NCBI GenBank assembly: GCA_048213135.1
Contig: PS015124.1
Coordinates: 1 to 47,192, forward strand
From: Reclinomonas americana ATCC 50394
Taxonomy: Eukaryota
Direction of reading: 5' to 3'
Length of the DNA stretch: 47,192 nt
Both the position numbers and the translations under genes were made by a program. The notes under the pieces are model-generated. The model did not search any database, was not told the DNA's origin, and saw only the letters and a program-made list of their open reading frames with translations. Positions 29,399 through 44,464 of this stretch are shown in pieces. Position 1 is the first letter of the stretch; each line of letters starts with the position of its first letter.

Positions 29399-31721
29399 AG
29401 GGATCGCTGTCGAAGAGAGCATCAATCAAACGATGGAGATGGCAAGAGCGAGCGAGAGAGAGTGAGAGCGAGAGAGAAAGAGGTAGATCAGCAGCTCGAG
29501 GAACTATCTCCGGCGTGTGAGATCACCATGTTCTCACCCTGTTTGCTGCAGATTTGAGCGGCTTCCCCATGTTTGGCGTTGGCATTGCGCTCGCTGTGTC
29601 TGCCAATGCTTCCTTCAATTCCACAGGCCCAGGTCCGCGTTTCTTCCTCTTTGTCTTCCATGACATGCACGCTGAACCCTTCTTGCTTCCACATTGCAGG
29701 CTCTATGACTCTGGGCCTGAGCAATGGCTCGACTGGCGAATTGTCGTCGCCGTCGGTGCGTGTGAGTCCGATGGATCGTCAATTTGAGTACGAGCGTGTT
29801 GTGCAGGACATGATTGACTCGTGTTCCGACGACACGGGTGAGCCGCTGGATTACTCGATGAGCGGTGAGTGTGGGTGACACAAGGAGAAAGAGCAGGAGG
29901 ATTGATTTCTTCATCCACCCTTCCCTTTGGAAAGGAAAGAGACTCGTGCCTCGACCCTTCCTCTGTCAGGTCCCCTCAGGATAGCTGGAGCTCGTGAAGA
30001 GACATGCACCTTGTGATAGCAGGCAGCTTTCCTATTCTGATCCTGTCCTTCACCACCTTCCTTTCAAGCGGTTGCTGAATGCGCTGTCTTGCTTTGCAGA
30101 ACATCTGCTGGGTCGCGGAAGCTTTGGCGAAGTGTATCTGGGCATGCTCACTTCGGGACCGGTGAGGACAATGTCCGTGAGCTTTTGTTCCATTCGTTCA
30201 TGATTAATGTTCTCATGTGTTATTGCTGCAGCTGCGTGGCACCCAAGTGGCCATCAAGAGAATTCCAGTGGTGCTGAATCAGCAGAGTGTGCAGCAGGTG
30301 AGTTTCCTTCATCTTCTCCCTCTTAATCGATGCCTCACGCTGATTGCCCTTTTACGCAATCCCTCTCACACGCTCTCTCTCTCTCTGCATGTGTGTGAGC
30401 GTGTGTGTGTATCCTTCTCTTCCTATCTCTCTCTCTCTCCTCTCTCCCCCTCACTCACCATCTCTCGAACTCAGGTGGCCGAGATTGTCAACGAGATTCA
30501 GGTATCCCCATGTCTGCTGAGTCACGCCTCATCGGACTGCACTAATCTCACCGTTTGGCAGCTTCTTCGTGCCTTGCGCCATCCAAATCTTGTCGGTTTG
30601 GTCGGCGCCAAGTATCACCAGAATGCGGTTCACATTGGTGAGTCAGTCCATCGCCGAGTCAGCTTCTCGTTCGTGAGCTTACTTTATTTCTATCCCCAAA
30701 TTCCCGTCCCCCTTTCCCTCTGTTCCTCATTCGCCAGTTATGGAGTATTGTGCCGGTGGTTCGCTGGCCGACCAGCTGGACAGATTCAAGGTGCTGCGAG
30801 CTGACGTGCTGCGCGAGTATCTTGGGCAGATTTTGCGTGGATTGGTGCGTGCTTGCATTACGCGTCTTCTGCCGTGCGCAATCTCACATCTCCTTCGCAG
30901 GCCTACTTGCATTCTCAGTTCATGTTCGTCGCCGAGTGCCGATGCGTGCTTTTGATTCGTTGCTAACTCCTGTCGGTGATTCACAGTGCCCATCGCGACA
31001 TCAAGCCGCACAACTTGCTGGTGTGTTCATCGATGCTTTGCCTTGAATGTTGCGTCATAGCTAACTGCGCCGCAGGTGGCAACGTCGACGCGCGGCGATG
31101 TGGTGAAACTCTCCGATTTCGGCTGTGCCAAGCTGATGGATGCGGAGACGGAGACGGCCACGGAGAACAAGGGGACGCCGTGCTACTGCGGTGCGTAAGA
31201 GCGGTTCTGTTCAAAGTAGGTGGCTAGAAAGCCCACGTTTGTTTGTGCATCGCGACAGCTCCCGAGGTGGTGTGTCCGCGGCCGTCGGACAGCGCGCATT
31301 TGGATGTGCATGTGCGGTATGGATTGAAGGTATGTGAGGAAAGGAGACGAGAGTTGTTGAGTAGTGGCATCTCACTTGTCTGATGCAGGCCGACGTGTGG
31401 AGCATTGGGTGTGTGGCTTTGCAGCTGAGCACGGGAGCTCGGCCGTTTGCGAAGCTCAACAAGGTTTGGTGACGTTGGCTCACTCTCTAATCTCACTTCC
31501 GGCTGACTTGTTCTCCGCCGCCACAGTGGCAAGTTGTCGGGGCTCTGATGTCGGGACAAGTTGCGATTGATGTTTCTTCTGATTCTCACTCTCATCACAG
31601 TCTCTCTGCATGTTGCTTTCTGTCTCATGGCTGTTGGGTGCCATCGCGACGTGTGTCTCTCCCTCCGATGGTGTACGTGTGGCTGTCTCCTGTTCTCTGT
31701 CTCCTTGATATTGTTTGCCAA

Positions 31722-31770
<49 letters not shown>

Positions 31771-31882
31771 NNNNNNNNNNNNNNNNNNNNCGTCGCGTCG
31801 TGTCGTCTCCTCCCGTCTCGTGTCGTGTGGTCGTGTCGTCTCGTTCTTCTCGTCTCCTTCGTCTATTGTTTGTTCTACGTAC

Positions 31883-31952
<70 letters not shown>

Positions 31953-32537
31953 ATGTGACTCTCTCTCGTGTTCTTCGTCTCCTTGACTTTGGATGCCACT
32001 TTCTTTCATCACCTTCTCCTTTTATTTTACTTTCACTCTCTCTCTCTCTGGCTCTCTCTCACTCTCTCACATTCCTTCATCGCAGCGCTTGAAGTCGCCA
32101 GAGCATTTGATATCTGCATTGCATGTTGTTTGATCTCTTTCTGTTATTCGCTCTCCTCTTTGTCCACTCTCCTCCCTGTCTCCGTGGCATTGCCTGAGAT
32201 GCATGTCCGTTTCCAGTTGTCTCGCATGTTCTCGTCGCCCTCTCCCTCTCTTCGTTGAATTTGTACTCTCTCGGTGCACGTGAGCGCTCGTTAATCCGTC
32301 TCATTTTTCTCACTCCTTTGTCCACCGTCCTTTCGTTTGCCCACTCTCTTCCCTCTCCCTTTCTTTCCTCCTCTCCCCTTTCTCACCACGCCGCCCTCAC
32401 AGCGCCCGGAAATCCCCGAGACCCTCGAACCCGGCTCTCTGCGCGACTTTATCGAGCAGTGTCTGTGCGTCGACTCGGCGATGAGACCCTCCATCGACGA
32501 GCTGCTCCAGCATCCGTTCATCATGGGCGAGTCGTGA
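24672..32537 (+). CDS. Multidomain Ser/Thr kinase: ~7 WD40 repeats, two FN3-like domains, helical linker, STE11/MAP3K-like kinase domain; more than 20 exons
   Basis: WD exons 24672-24792, 25297-25637 and 26155-27499 (several). FN3-like DLLPGVHRFRLEARL..EGPWS and GLLPARRYMLEVRL. Kinase motifs LGRGSFGEVY, VAIK, NEIQLLRALRHPNLV, MEYCAGGSL, IAHRDIKPHNLL, KLSDFG, GTPCYCAPE, ADVWSIG, RPSIDELLQHPF. Linker exons at ~28770-29870 are less certain. Confidence 0.85.
26990..27410. repeat. Intronic tandem repeat, ~65-85 bp unit, about 6 copies
   Basis: gagagagggaaatgggaaagggaca...gagtgtgcctagtttgcattcacgacggtgatga recurs. Confidence 0.85.
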
Positions 32538-32780
32538 GACTGGTAATGTAGCAGCGAGTAGAATGGGAAGACGTGGGTGTGTTTATTGGCACAGTTGTGT
32601 TGCAGCAATGTGATAATCGATGTCTGTATGTTGCGCTTGTGCAACGCGGTTTGTTGCCGCAGATTGTGTCTCCAGCAGCAGTGGTCCCGCTGCGATCGTG
32701 CCCACACCATGGAGTGCTTCTTTTCGTTCGCACTTGTAAGCCTTGCTGGCTTGTGTGCATCTGCTGTTGGTCATTCTCCG

Positions 32781-33095
32781 GCTGCTGGCTTGGTTCAAGT
32801 CATCATGTCGAAACTCTGTCGACTTGCTGTCCCTTCCAGCGCACTTGCTGCAGCGTGACTGCGACGATACTTGCCTTTGCGTGTGACCTGCTTCATCTCC
32901 ACTGGGCCCTCTTCTTCTCGTTCCGTGCTGATGCTTGCTGTCACTGAGTGCACACTTGTATACGCATCCCTCCCCTGCCACACTGTCCCACTTCCCCACT
33001 TGTCTTGCCATGTTCCTTTTCCATGGACTGTCGACCATCAACACAGCTGCTGGCTTGGTTCATGTCGAAACTCTGTCGAATTGCTGTCCCTTCCA
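32781..33095. repeat. Intergenic ~55-bp direct repeat pair (32781-32838 and 33046-33095)
   Basis: gctgctggcttggttca...tgtcgaaactctgtcga(c/a)ttgctgtcccttcca is present twice. Confidence 0.75.
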
Positions 33096-33307
33096 AGGCG
33101 TTTGTGTGTCCTTCTCGAGCTGTGCAGCTGTTTGCAGCCTCTCTTTGCCTGTCAACAAAGTCGTCACCGCGGAGGAAGTTGAACCGGTGTGCTCCGCCCA
33201 TCGTAGTCATGCAGTTTCGACAAGCGCTGTTGTTGGCGATCGGAGAAAAGCGCTTTCCAACTCACCAATCGACAAACCACTCAGTTTCTCCCTCCTTCCT
33301 TCGCGCA

Positions 33308-35539
33308 ATGACACGTCTCGCGCTCCTTGCGCTCACCCTCGCATGCTGCATGACCGCACTGCTCGCATGCACCACGGCTTTCGTGACAGCTGCCTCGTCA
33401 CCGCCGTTGCTGCGTGGCGAATCTCATCATGATGACGTCGCCGACATGCTCACCGATCAGCCATTCTACCCGTTCCTCAAAGTGCAAGCTGACACGCACT
33501 ATGAGGTGAGAGAGAGAGAGAGAGGATGAGAGGGAATAAGTGAGAGAGTACTCATGCGAATCTAAGTCATGTGATGTGACATATCAGTGCCTTCCTCTCT
33601 GAGCACTCTCTCACACACATCCTCTCGCTCACCATCTCTCTCACTCTCACCCTCTCTCACACCTCTCACCCTCTCACTCTCACCCTCTCACCCTCTCTCA
33701 CACCCTCTCACTCTTCTCCTCCTCTCTCTCTCCCTCCCTCCTCTCTCTCTCTCAGGCCTTCCTGCAAATCGGTCGCACCTTCCGCGAGCGCATTGTGAAC
33801 TTTTTCGGCAACAACACCGCGCTGCATGACAAGCTGCTGCCGTATGTGGCCACTCCCGATGGAAAGCGTGCATTCGACACCTTGTTTGCCTACAATGCGC
33901 GAGCTGCGCCCGAGTACCTCCAGGTCTCTCAGTTGGTATCAGCGCAGTCGTGTCATGTCGGTATCCTCACTGGTGACTTGGCAGGAGTTGATTGGTATCT
34001 CTGATGGATCTGGTGTGCCGCTGGACCAGGTGGTGGTGTATAGCTTTGAGGATGAAGTCGATGCACTGGCGTCCAAGGCGACAGGTCGCGTGCGGCCGGC
34101 TCGGGCGGCCGATGCGCACTGTGCGGATGTGTTGATCAACACGACGCCGCTGCGCATGATTGGGCATAACGAAGGTGTTGTCTCTCGCTCTCTCTCTTGG
34201 TGTGTTGCTGTTCCGTGCATCCTGCTGACTCGCGGCTGCCAGATGCGGACCCGTGGGTGGAGAACTACGCGTACATTGTGCAAGTCAAGATCGGCAACGA
34301 AGTTGCGTTGCGCTTCGTGTGCGCTTGGGCTTCTTGCGAGACTCACACCTACCACACAGCCCGAGTTTGTCGCCTTTTCGTACCCGGGCCAGCTGCCCGG
34401 CAACGCTTTCGGCTTCAACGAGAACGGCTTGGTGATCACCACCAACGCGCAGTTTGCCATTGACGTGAATGTCAACGGGATCGGTGAGTCGCTTCGCGGC
34501 GGTGCTGTAAAGACAAGAAGGGGCACTTACTCTTTATTGTGCGTTGTGCAGGTCGCAACTGGCTGGTTTGCTACCTTTTTGCTTCTGTTGCTCCTGTCAC
34601 GTCTTCTCACTTGCTTACGGTGGGACGACACAGAGTCGGCGTGCGCTGGTCGCACACTCGATCGACGAGGCACTGCAGCGCCTGCAAATCAACGACTCGG
34701 CGTATGGTTTTAGCTGCAAGTGCGTCTTGCGCGCTCCCTCTCCTGATCTGTGCTCCCTCGCTGAATTCGCTGTTTTTTCCCGACAGCCTGGCCATGACCT
34801 CGGGCTCGCGCATGTACAATTTGGAGATTGGCCCCGGCAGTCAGCGTGATGTGCTGGAGTTGCCGATTGACTCGCGGACGCCGCTGCCGCCGTCCAAGGT
34901 GAACGTGAAGGGCTTCCCGCCGGCCGATACGTGGAAGGGTATGCGAGGGGGAAATGGAGGGGGAGGGGGAAAGGGAGGGGGCGAACAGGGGTCTAACGAG
35001 TGTGAGTTGTGCAGTCTCCGACACGTATCCGAAGGTTAACATGTACCAGCGGCTCAATGCGTCGCAGTATTATGACACGAGCAGGTGGGTAAAGGGAGAG
35101 GGAAGGGAGAGGGAGGGAGGGCTAGAGGAGAGGAGAAGGGAACAAATACTGAAGGGGTTCCAACGAGGGCACTGTAATACAATTATCAGTGCGCCCACTT
35201 GCAAAGAGAGAGGGGGGAAAGACAAGAGAGGACATGAGAGAAATGAGGAGAAAGCCACAGAACCGGACTGAAGAGCAGAAAAAAGGCAGTTACATGGAAA
35301 GACCAGCACGTCCAGTAAGCCAGCGCGAGAGAAGGAGAGTGGGAACGGGGCAGAGAGTGAGAGGTCCAGCGGGCGTGGAAAACGAAGGCAGATGCAATTC
35401 AGTGCGCTGGAAGTTAGCACGGCCGGAGAGCAAGGAAGAGAAGGGGAGAAAAGAGGATATCAGAGAACTACATGCGGGCGAGGAAACTAAGACAGCTATG
35501 TGGACAGTGAATGAGAGACCAGCACGCATACGTCTGCGA

Positions 35540-35619
<80 letters not shown>

Positions 35620-36301
35620 CTACAGAGAACAAGACGATTGGAGAGCAGAACGAAGGCAGAAAAGACTACCTTTTCCAGAAACCAAGTGTGTGTGTGAGAG
35701 AGAGAGAAAGAAATAGCGATGACGAAGGAAGCAAAAAAGAGAGAAGATAATTTACAGGAGTTTCTCACGTTGCAAACGTGCTGCTGGCAGTGACCGACGG
35801 CTCACCCGCATCTACGAATTCCCAGGTAAGTGATAGTAGTGTGTGTCTAGGAAGCACATGCTCACTCTTCCCCCTCCTCTCCCTCTCCTGCTTCCTCTCC
35901 ATCTCGCAGTTCCATCGAGCTGGAACGACGTGGCTCAGATTCTGGGCGACACGAAGGTCGGTTGAGTGCCTTCTCTTCTTTGTGTGTTGCAGTGGTGTGA
36001 CGTGATGTGTGCGTGCAGGATGCTCCGTATCCGATCTATCGCACCCCTGGTGGAGTCGACGGTGCGTGCCGTTTTCGCTGATAGTCGGTGTCTATATTCG
36101 TCTCCTCACCCGCGTCTCTCTCGTGCAGATGTCACCACCGTGGCAGGCATGAATCGTGGTGCCCTTTCTTTCATGTCCTCTCCTGATGCCTCACCCATTG
36201 CTGCAGTGGCGCACTACGACCTCATGCGTCGGACGCTGGATATTTACCACTCGAATCCCAAGTTGGCGACGGCACCGATTTACCATTTTGACTTGCCGTG
36301 A
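33308..36301 (+). CDS. Secreted peptidase C45 / acyl-CoA:6-APA acyltransferase-like Ntn hydrolase (tan-like)
   Basis: Hydrophobic N-terminus MTRLALLALTLACCMTALLA; THYEAFLQIGRTFRERI; PEYLQELIGISDGSGVP; candidate nucleophile AH-C-ADV; IGHNED; YPGQLPGNAFGFNENGLVITTN; ILGDTKDAPYPIYR; DIYHSNPK. Confidence 0.88.
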
Positions 36302-36891
36302 GGTGCAGTGAATGGTTTGTGCGCGTGGTTTGTGGTGAGTGCGTGGATGTGTTGGGAGTAGCAACAGGGGAGTTATGTTATAATTAGCAGCAGTGGTCGT
36401 GTTCTTCGGTTGTATGAGGAAAAAAAGCAGCTAAAAGCAGGTTGAGGACGCATTGCCGGATTTGAGAATTACGGCTCGATTCCGGCTGACATTTATCCGC
36501 ATTTATTCATTACACATCCGTGAGAGTGAGCTTGCACCTCGACTGCTGTTTGCCTCTATCTCACGATACCAATGGGCGGCCGCGGTGGCTACATGGATTC
36601 CAGTGGTGTGGGACAAGTTGCCAGCGGCCAAGGTTCGTTGCCGACTTGCGTGAGTGCTCTTGCGACCTGCGCCTAAACTCGCGAGCCGCGCCCCTCGCAG
36701 TCAGAACTGGCAATCACGTCTCTGAGCGCACACTCCCCGCCCCAACGGCCCAGCGGCAGGCCCTTGGTTCTCCTCCTGACAGAACAGTCGCCTATCAGAA
36801 CCCTGCCGTTGTCACCGGTTCAGATGGAGACGGCCTATTTCCGGATCCGCAGAGTCACCAGTCTGTGACCGCAACAGACACACTTAAGCTC

Positions 36892-38061
36892 ATGGAGAAC
36901 GCCGACGTAGACACCGTCATCACGAAGGAATCTAAGGTATGTTTGGCTGATTTTACATGTCGGACAACATTGTCTGACCACCTGACCCGCAGCCTGGTGA
37001 TAAAAGCACCAGTGAGACCGGTACCAAGATCGAGTCTGAGAATCTGCGACTGAAGCGACGTCAACTGGAAGCGCGACTGCAGCGACTGCAAGCGGATGCA
37101 GACAATCAAGTGCAGCGACTGCGAGCGGAAGGAGAAATACAAGTGCAGCGACTGCGAGCGGAAGGAAAAATACAAGTGCAGCGACTTCAAGCGGAGGTAG
37201 ACAATCGAGTGCAACATCTGCGAGCGGCAGTAGAGCAAGAACTCGTGCGCTTCTGTCGATTTGCGCAGCAAGTTGACGACGATGGCGAGGAAAAGTGGGT
37301 GGCGGAGAAAACCAACACTGCCGCCGCTGCCGCTGCTGCTGCTGCTTCTGCCGCTGCTGCTGCTACTGCTGCTGCTTGTGAAGACGTGGATTCGCAAGCC
37401 TTGCAACCGATGCCTCAAGCGGACGACAAGCGCCGCTCGAGAGCCTTCTCCATCGTTCGAGTGTTGGTACCGGTGATAAGCCAAGATGTGGATTCTCTGG
37501 CGGATTTCAGAAAGCACCTGGTCATGTTATCCGATAAAGACTGGAATCCAGACTGGAGCCAGAACGCGGCCTCTTCTGCGCCGGAGATTGGTGTCATGGT
37601 TGTGCTGGACTTCATTCGCAGCAGTTCCAGATTTTCTCTTGTCGGAGCCGAATTCGAAGACGGGTACGCCAAGGCTATCCGACAAGTGGCAAATAGTCGC
37701 GGTGGTGAGATTTGCAGTACTAGTAGCTGGATTGTGCCGTCGTTGAAAGTCAAGGACAACTCACGAGTGATGTGTTACAGTGAACTTCAAGGATGGACGA
37801 TCTGTACTAGTGACTGTGATTCTTGAAGCTGACATGGCCACTGTTATGCCGGTAGCACGTGGATTGCTTGTTCCTGAAGTGGTGCCGTCGATGGACATTG
37901 TTTTCTTTGTTGCCGTGAAGAAATGTGACAAAAAAAGTGAGTGGTGTCGCGGTTCCCGCGTTGAAGGCAATAATAACATGCTAACAGCAGCTCGTTTTGC
38001 AGACAAACTCACTGCAGAAGGGTGTGCAACCCTCACACAAGCCGCCAAGTGGTTCCGGTAG
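36892..38061 (+). CDS. Hypothetical protein: 11-aa-repeat coiled coil, poly-Ala tract, C-terminal globular domain; true start may lie upstream
   Basis: MENADVDTVITKESK|gtatgt..cgcag|PGDKSTSE...QVQRLRAEGEI repeats...NSRG|gtgaga..ttacag|VNFKDGRSVLVTVILEAD...KWFR*. Joins ORFs 37110..37826 and 37780..38061. 33-bp repeats at 37107, 37140 and 37173. Confidence 0.65.
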
Positions 38062-38305
38062 AAACATGAGTCTGCGCGTGCACGGGGTACGCGTAGAAGT
38101 ATCAGAAGTCGCAGCGGATCCGGATCGAAGCGTTGTCCATAATATAGTCTGAGCAGCAATGCCTGTGCATCCTGCGTGTGAGGGCAACTGAGAAGGAAGG
38201 AGATGGATGCCAACCACTGAGAAGCAAAAGAGCATGAGGAAGGAGCAAGCTGTCCCGACAATCTGTGACTGCGGGACACCACGAGATCCAACGACAACAC
38301 AGTGA

Positions 38306-40850
<2,545 letters not shown>

Positions 40851-41270
40851 AACACCATCTTGCCTCAAGGTGCTGGGGAGCGAGGGCCTTCTTTCTTCAG
40901 CAGTTTGTCGGGTGTCGACTGCTTCTCCAGATTCTAACCGTTGCGCGCGGATTTAGTGCTCTCTGAGAAGTGGCGATGTTAACTGCTGAAAGATCGGAAG
41001 AGAGAAAATGGATGCGCGGCGCACATGCAGGCAAGGAGCATGCGAGTTGCGATGGATCCGGACCTGCAGCTGGCATTCAGTGTCGAGAACGGTCCACAAT
41101 AGTCGCAGCTGCCGCGCTCGTTGGGAAGTGCAAGTGCAAGTGCGAGTACTGGAGAGAGCACGGGCACAGACAAGCCAAGAACGCGTACGAGTTGTTTTGG
41201 GCTTTGCACACTCAACGTCGAGCAAGGGTTCATGCATTGACCAAAACGGTGTCCTGCTGCCATCGCCTTC

Positions 41271-44200
41271 TTATCTTTTGTTCCCTTTGCCTCCACCATG
41301 CGCCCTCGCACTCCCCGTTTCCTCCTCTTCACCAGTGCCACCACGGCACTTCTCCTCCTCGTTGTGCTCACACACATGGCCATGGCCAGCACATCCCCCC
41401 TCGACATACCCGACACTNNNNNNNNNNNNNNNNNNNNNNNNNNNNNNNNNNNNNNNNNNNNNNNNNNNNNNNNNNNNNNNNNNNNNNNNNNNNNNNNNNN
41501 NNNNNNNNNNNNNNNNNNNNNNNNNNNNNNNNNNNNNNNNNNNNNNNNNNNNNNNNNNNNNNNNNNNNNNNNNNNNNNNNNNNNNNNNNNNNNNNNNNNN
41601 NNNNNNNNNNNNNNNNNNNNNNNNNNNNNNNNNNNNNNNNNNNNNNNNNNNNNNNNNNNNNNNNNNNNNNNNNNNNNNNNNNNNNNNNNNNNNNNNNNNN
41701 NNNNNNNNNNNNNNNNNNNNNNNNNNNNNNNNNNNNNNNNNNNNNNNNNNNNNNNNNNNNNNNNNNNNNNNNNNNNNNNNNNNNNNNNNNNNNNNNNNNN
41801 NNNNNNNNNNNNNNNNNNNNNNNNNNNNNNNNNNNNNNNNNNNNNNNNNNNNNNNNNNNNNNNNNNNNNNNNNNGAGAAGGAGTATCATGTTGGCAGTGA
41901 GCGATTGCGCGTTGTGAAGGGTGCTGTCTCTCGCAGCGCATTCGTCAACTGTCGCTTGCTGTCTCTCGCTCACTCTCATCGCCGCCTCTATACTTGCCTC
42001 CTTCTCATTCTCCGCCTCTCTTTTGCGTCCTTCATGTTTCATCGCTGTCTCTCAAAGCGCAATCGTCATCTCTCCTCACTGTCTCCTTCTCGCTCTCCCC
42101 CTCTTTTCCTTCATGTTTGCTTCGCTTCCTCTCTCTTCTCCTTCTCACCCTCCCCTCACTCTCCCCCTCTCTTTTGCGTCCTTCGTGTTTCATCGCTGTC
42201 GCTCGAAGCGCAATCGTCATCTCTCCTTACTCTCTTCTTCTCGCTCTCCCCCCTCTTTTCCTTCATGTTTTCTTCGCTTCCTCTCTCTTCTCCTTCTCAC
42301 CCTCCCCTCACTCTCCCCCTCTCTTTTGCGTCCTTCGTGTTTCATCGCAGTCTCTCGAGGCACAATCGTCATCTCTCCTTACCCCTCGCTTCCTCTCTCT
42401 CTCTCCCTCTTCACTTCCTCTCTCTTCTCCTTCTCACCCTCCCCTCCCCTTCCCCCTACCCTCCCCCTTCCCCCAGGTGCACGTCAGCTCCGCCATTATC
42501 GAATCCGACGCCTCCCAACGCAAGCTGCTGAAGCACGCCATGGTGGCCTACTCCGAGGCCCTCGAACGCCTGCGCTTCGCCCTGCAAAAGCACCTGCAGG
42601 AGTACAGCCACGCCGACAGCGAGGAGAGTGAGGGCGACGAGATCCGCACCCTGTGCGACTCGAACCACACCATCTACGTGCTGGCGAAGCAGTTGCGCTT
42701 GATTTAGTCAGGAGTTGTGTGTGACAGAGTTGACTGACTTTTGTGGGGGCACAGGATTGATACTGCCCACGTGCTTGTGGAGCGATGGATTGGGTGCGTG
42801 CTGTCATTCACTTGATGTCGTCGACTGCGTCTCACTCGTTTGTTCCCAGCGAGCTCGCCAATGCCGAGAACACGGAGCTCCCGCCCGCCCTGCGCGAGTT
42901 TATCGCGGTCGACGGACCGCTGGTGGTGCAGGCTGTTGCGTGCATGTCTCTCTCTCCCTTTGTACGTGGGCGTCGATGTGTTCTGCTCGCTTCTCTCTCA
43001 GTTCAGTTCACTCTCTCACGTCTCAGTCTCCCTTGTCAGTTCATGTTCATTCTCTCCCGTCCCTCCCTCACTTCTCTACGTCTCAGTCGTGGTTGCCTGT
43101 CTGTCTGTTGCACGCTTGCTTCTCCGCCCGCTCTCACATCTCCTCCTTGACCCCTCCTTTCGATCATGCTCGGTTTTTCCCGCTTTGGCAGTCTTGTCTC
43201 CCCGCTCTCGTGTTTCTGCACTCTTACTTCTCTCCGCGAGTCTTGTCTCGGTGCTCGCACCCCCTGTCTCTGTTCTTCTCGCTGACTCCCTTTCCCTCTC
43301 CCTTTCCGTATCCCTCACCCGTCTCCCTTTTCCCCTTTTCCCCCTTCTCCCCCTTCCCCTCCCTTATTCCCCCTTCACCCCCTCCCNNNNNNNNNNNNNN
43401 NNNNNNNNNNNNNNNNNNNNNNNNNNNNNNNNNNNNNNNNNNNNNNNNNNNNNNNNNNNNNNNNNNNNNNNNNNNNNNNNNNNNNNNNNNNNNNNNNNNN
43501 NNNNNNNNNNNNNNNNNNNNNNNNNNNNNNNNNNNNNNNNNNNNNNNNNNNNNNNNNNNNNNNNNNNNNNNNNNNNNNNNNNTGAGAAGAGCTGCGGAAA
43601 AAAGAAGGTCAGTGCCAGCGCTTTGTGTTACTCGCGCACAATCTAACGCACCGAATTGGGCGACAACAGCGCATTCGCGTGCTCGGCGAGCGACGGCGAC
43701 ACGACAGTGTGGCCATTGGCGCCGGCCACCGTCTGCTGGTGATGCATCTGTAATCTCTGATTGCGCCCCCACAGGAAGAGCTCCCGATCGCCCTCGGTGA
43801 ATGCGTAGTCGGCCGCGCGCAGCCGCTCACCGAGTCGAGTGGCGACGTTGAAGCGAACAATGCGTGCCACCACGTCGGCCAGTGGGTGTTTCGGTTGCTG
43901 TGCCTTGGTCACCGTGTTCATGTAGGAGACGAAGGGGCCTGCGGGGAGGGGGAACGGGGGAAAGGGGAGAGGAATGAGGGAAGAGGGAAAGGGGAAGGGG
44001 GAAGGGAGAAGAGGGGAGGGGGAAGGGAGAAGAGGGGAGGGGGAAGGGAAGGGCGACGGAGAGGGGAATAAGAGGGAAAGAGGGGGAAAGAGGGGGAAAG
44101 AGGGGGAAAGAGGAATGAGAGAAGGAGGAGGGAGGGAAAAGAGCAGGAATAGACGTGCATGTTGAAGAGGGGAAAGGGGGAGTTGCAATCGCAGTGATCG

Positions 44201-44413
44201 CGCATTCATGTACTGTCAGAGCCTCTATTGATCGTCATAATTCTGACACTCATGTTCTCTCACACCTGCTCAACGAACTCTTTCACTCTTCCCAATCACT
44301 CCTCTCTCTCTCTCTTTCACTCTCTTGCTCTGCCTCTCTTTCTCTCTCTCTCTCGTTCGCTCATCGCGATTCTGGACTCTCACGGACCGTACATACTCAG
44401 CACTTCTCAATCA

Positions 44414-44464
<51 letters not shown>

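Noticed and set aside
36455..36490. ggctcgattcc B-box-like motif within a small hairpin, as a tRNA
   Set aside because: No cloverleaf, D-arm or acceptor stem can be built.
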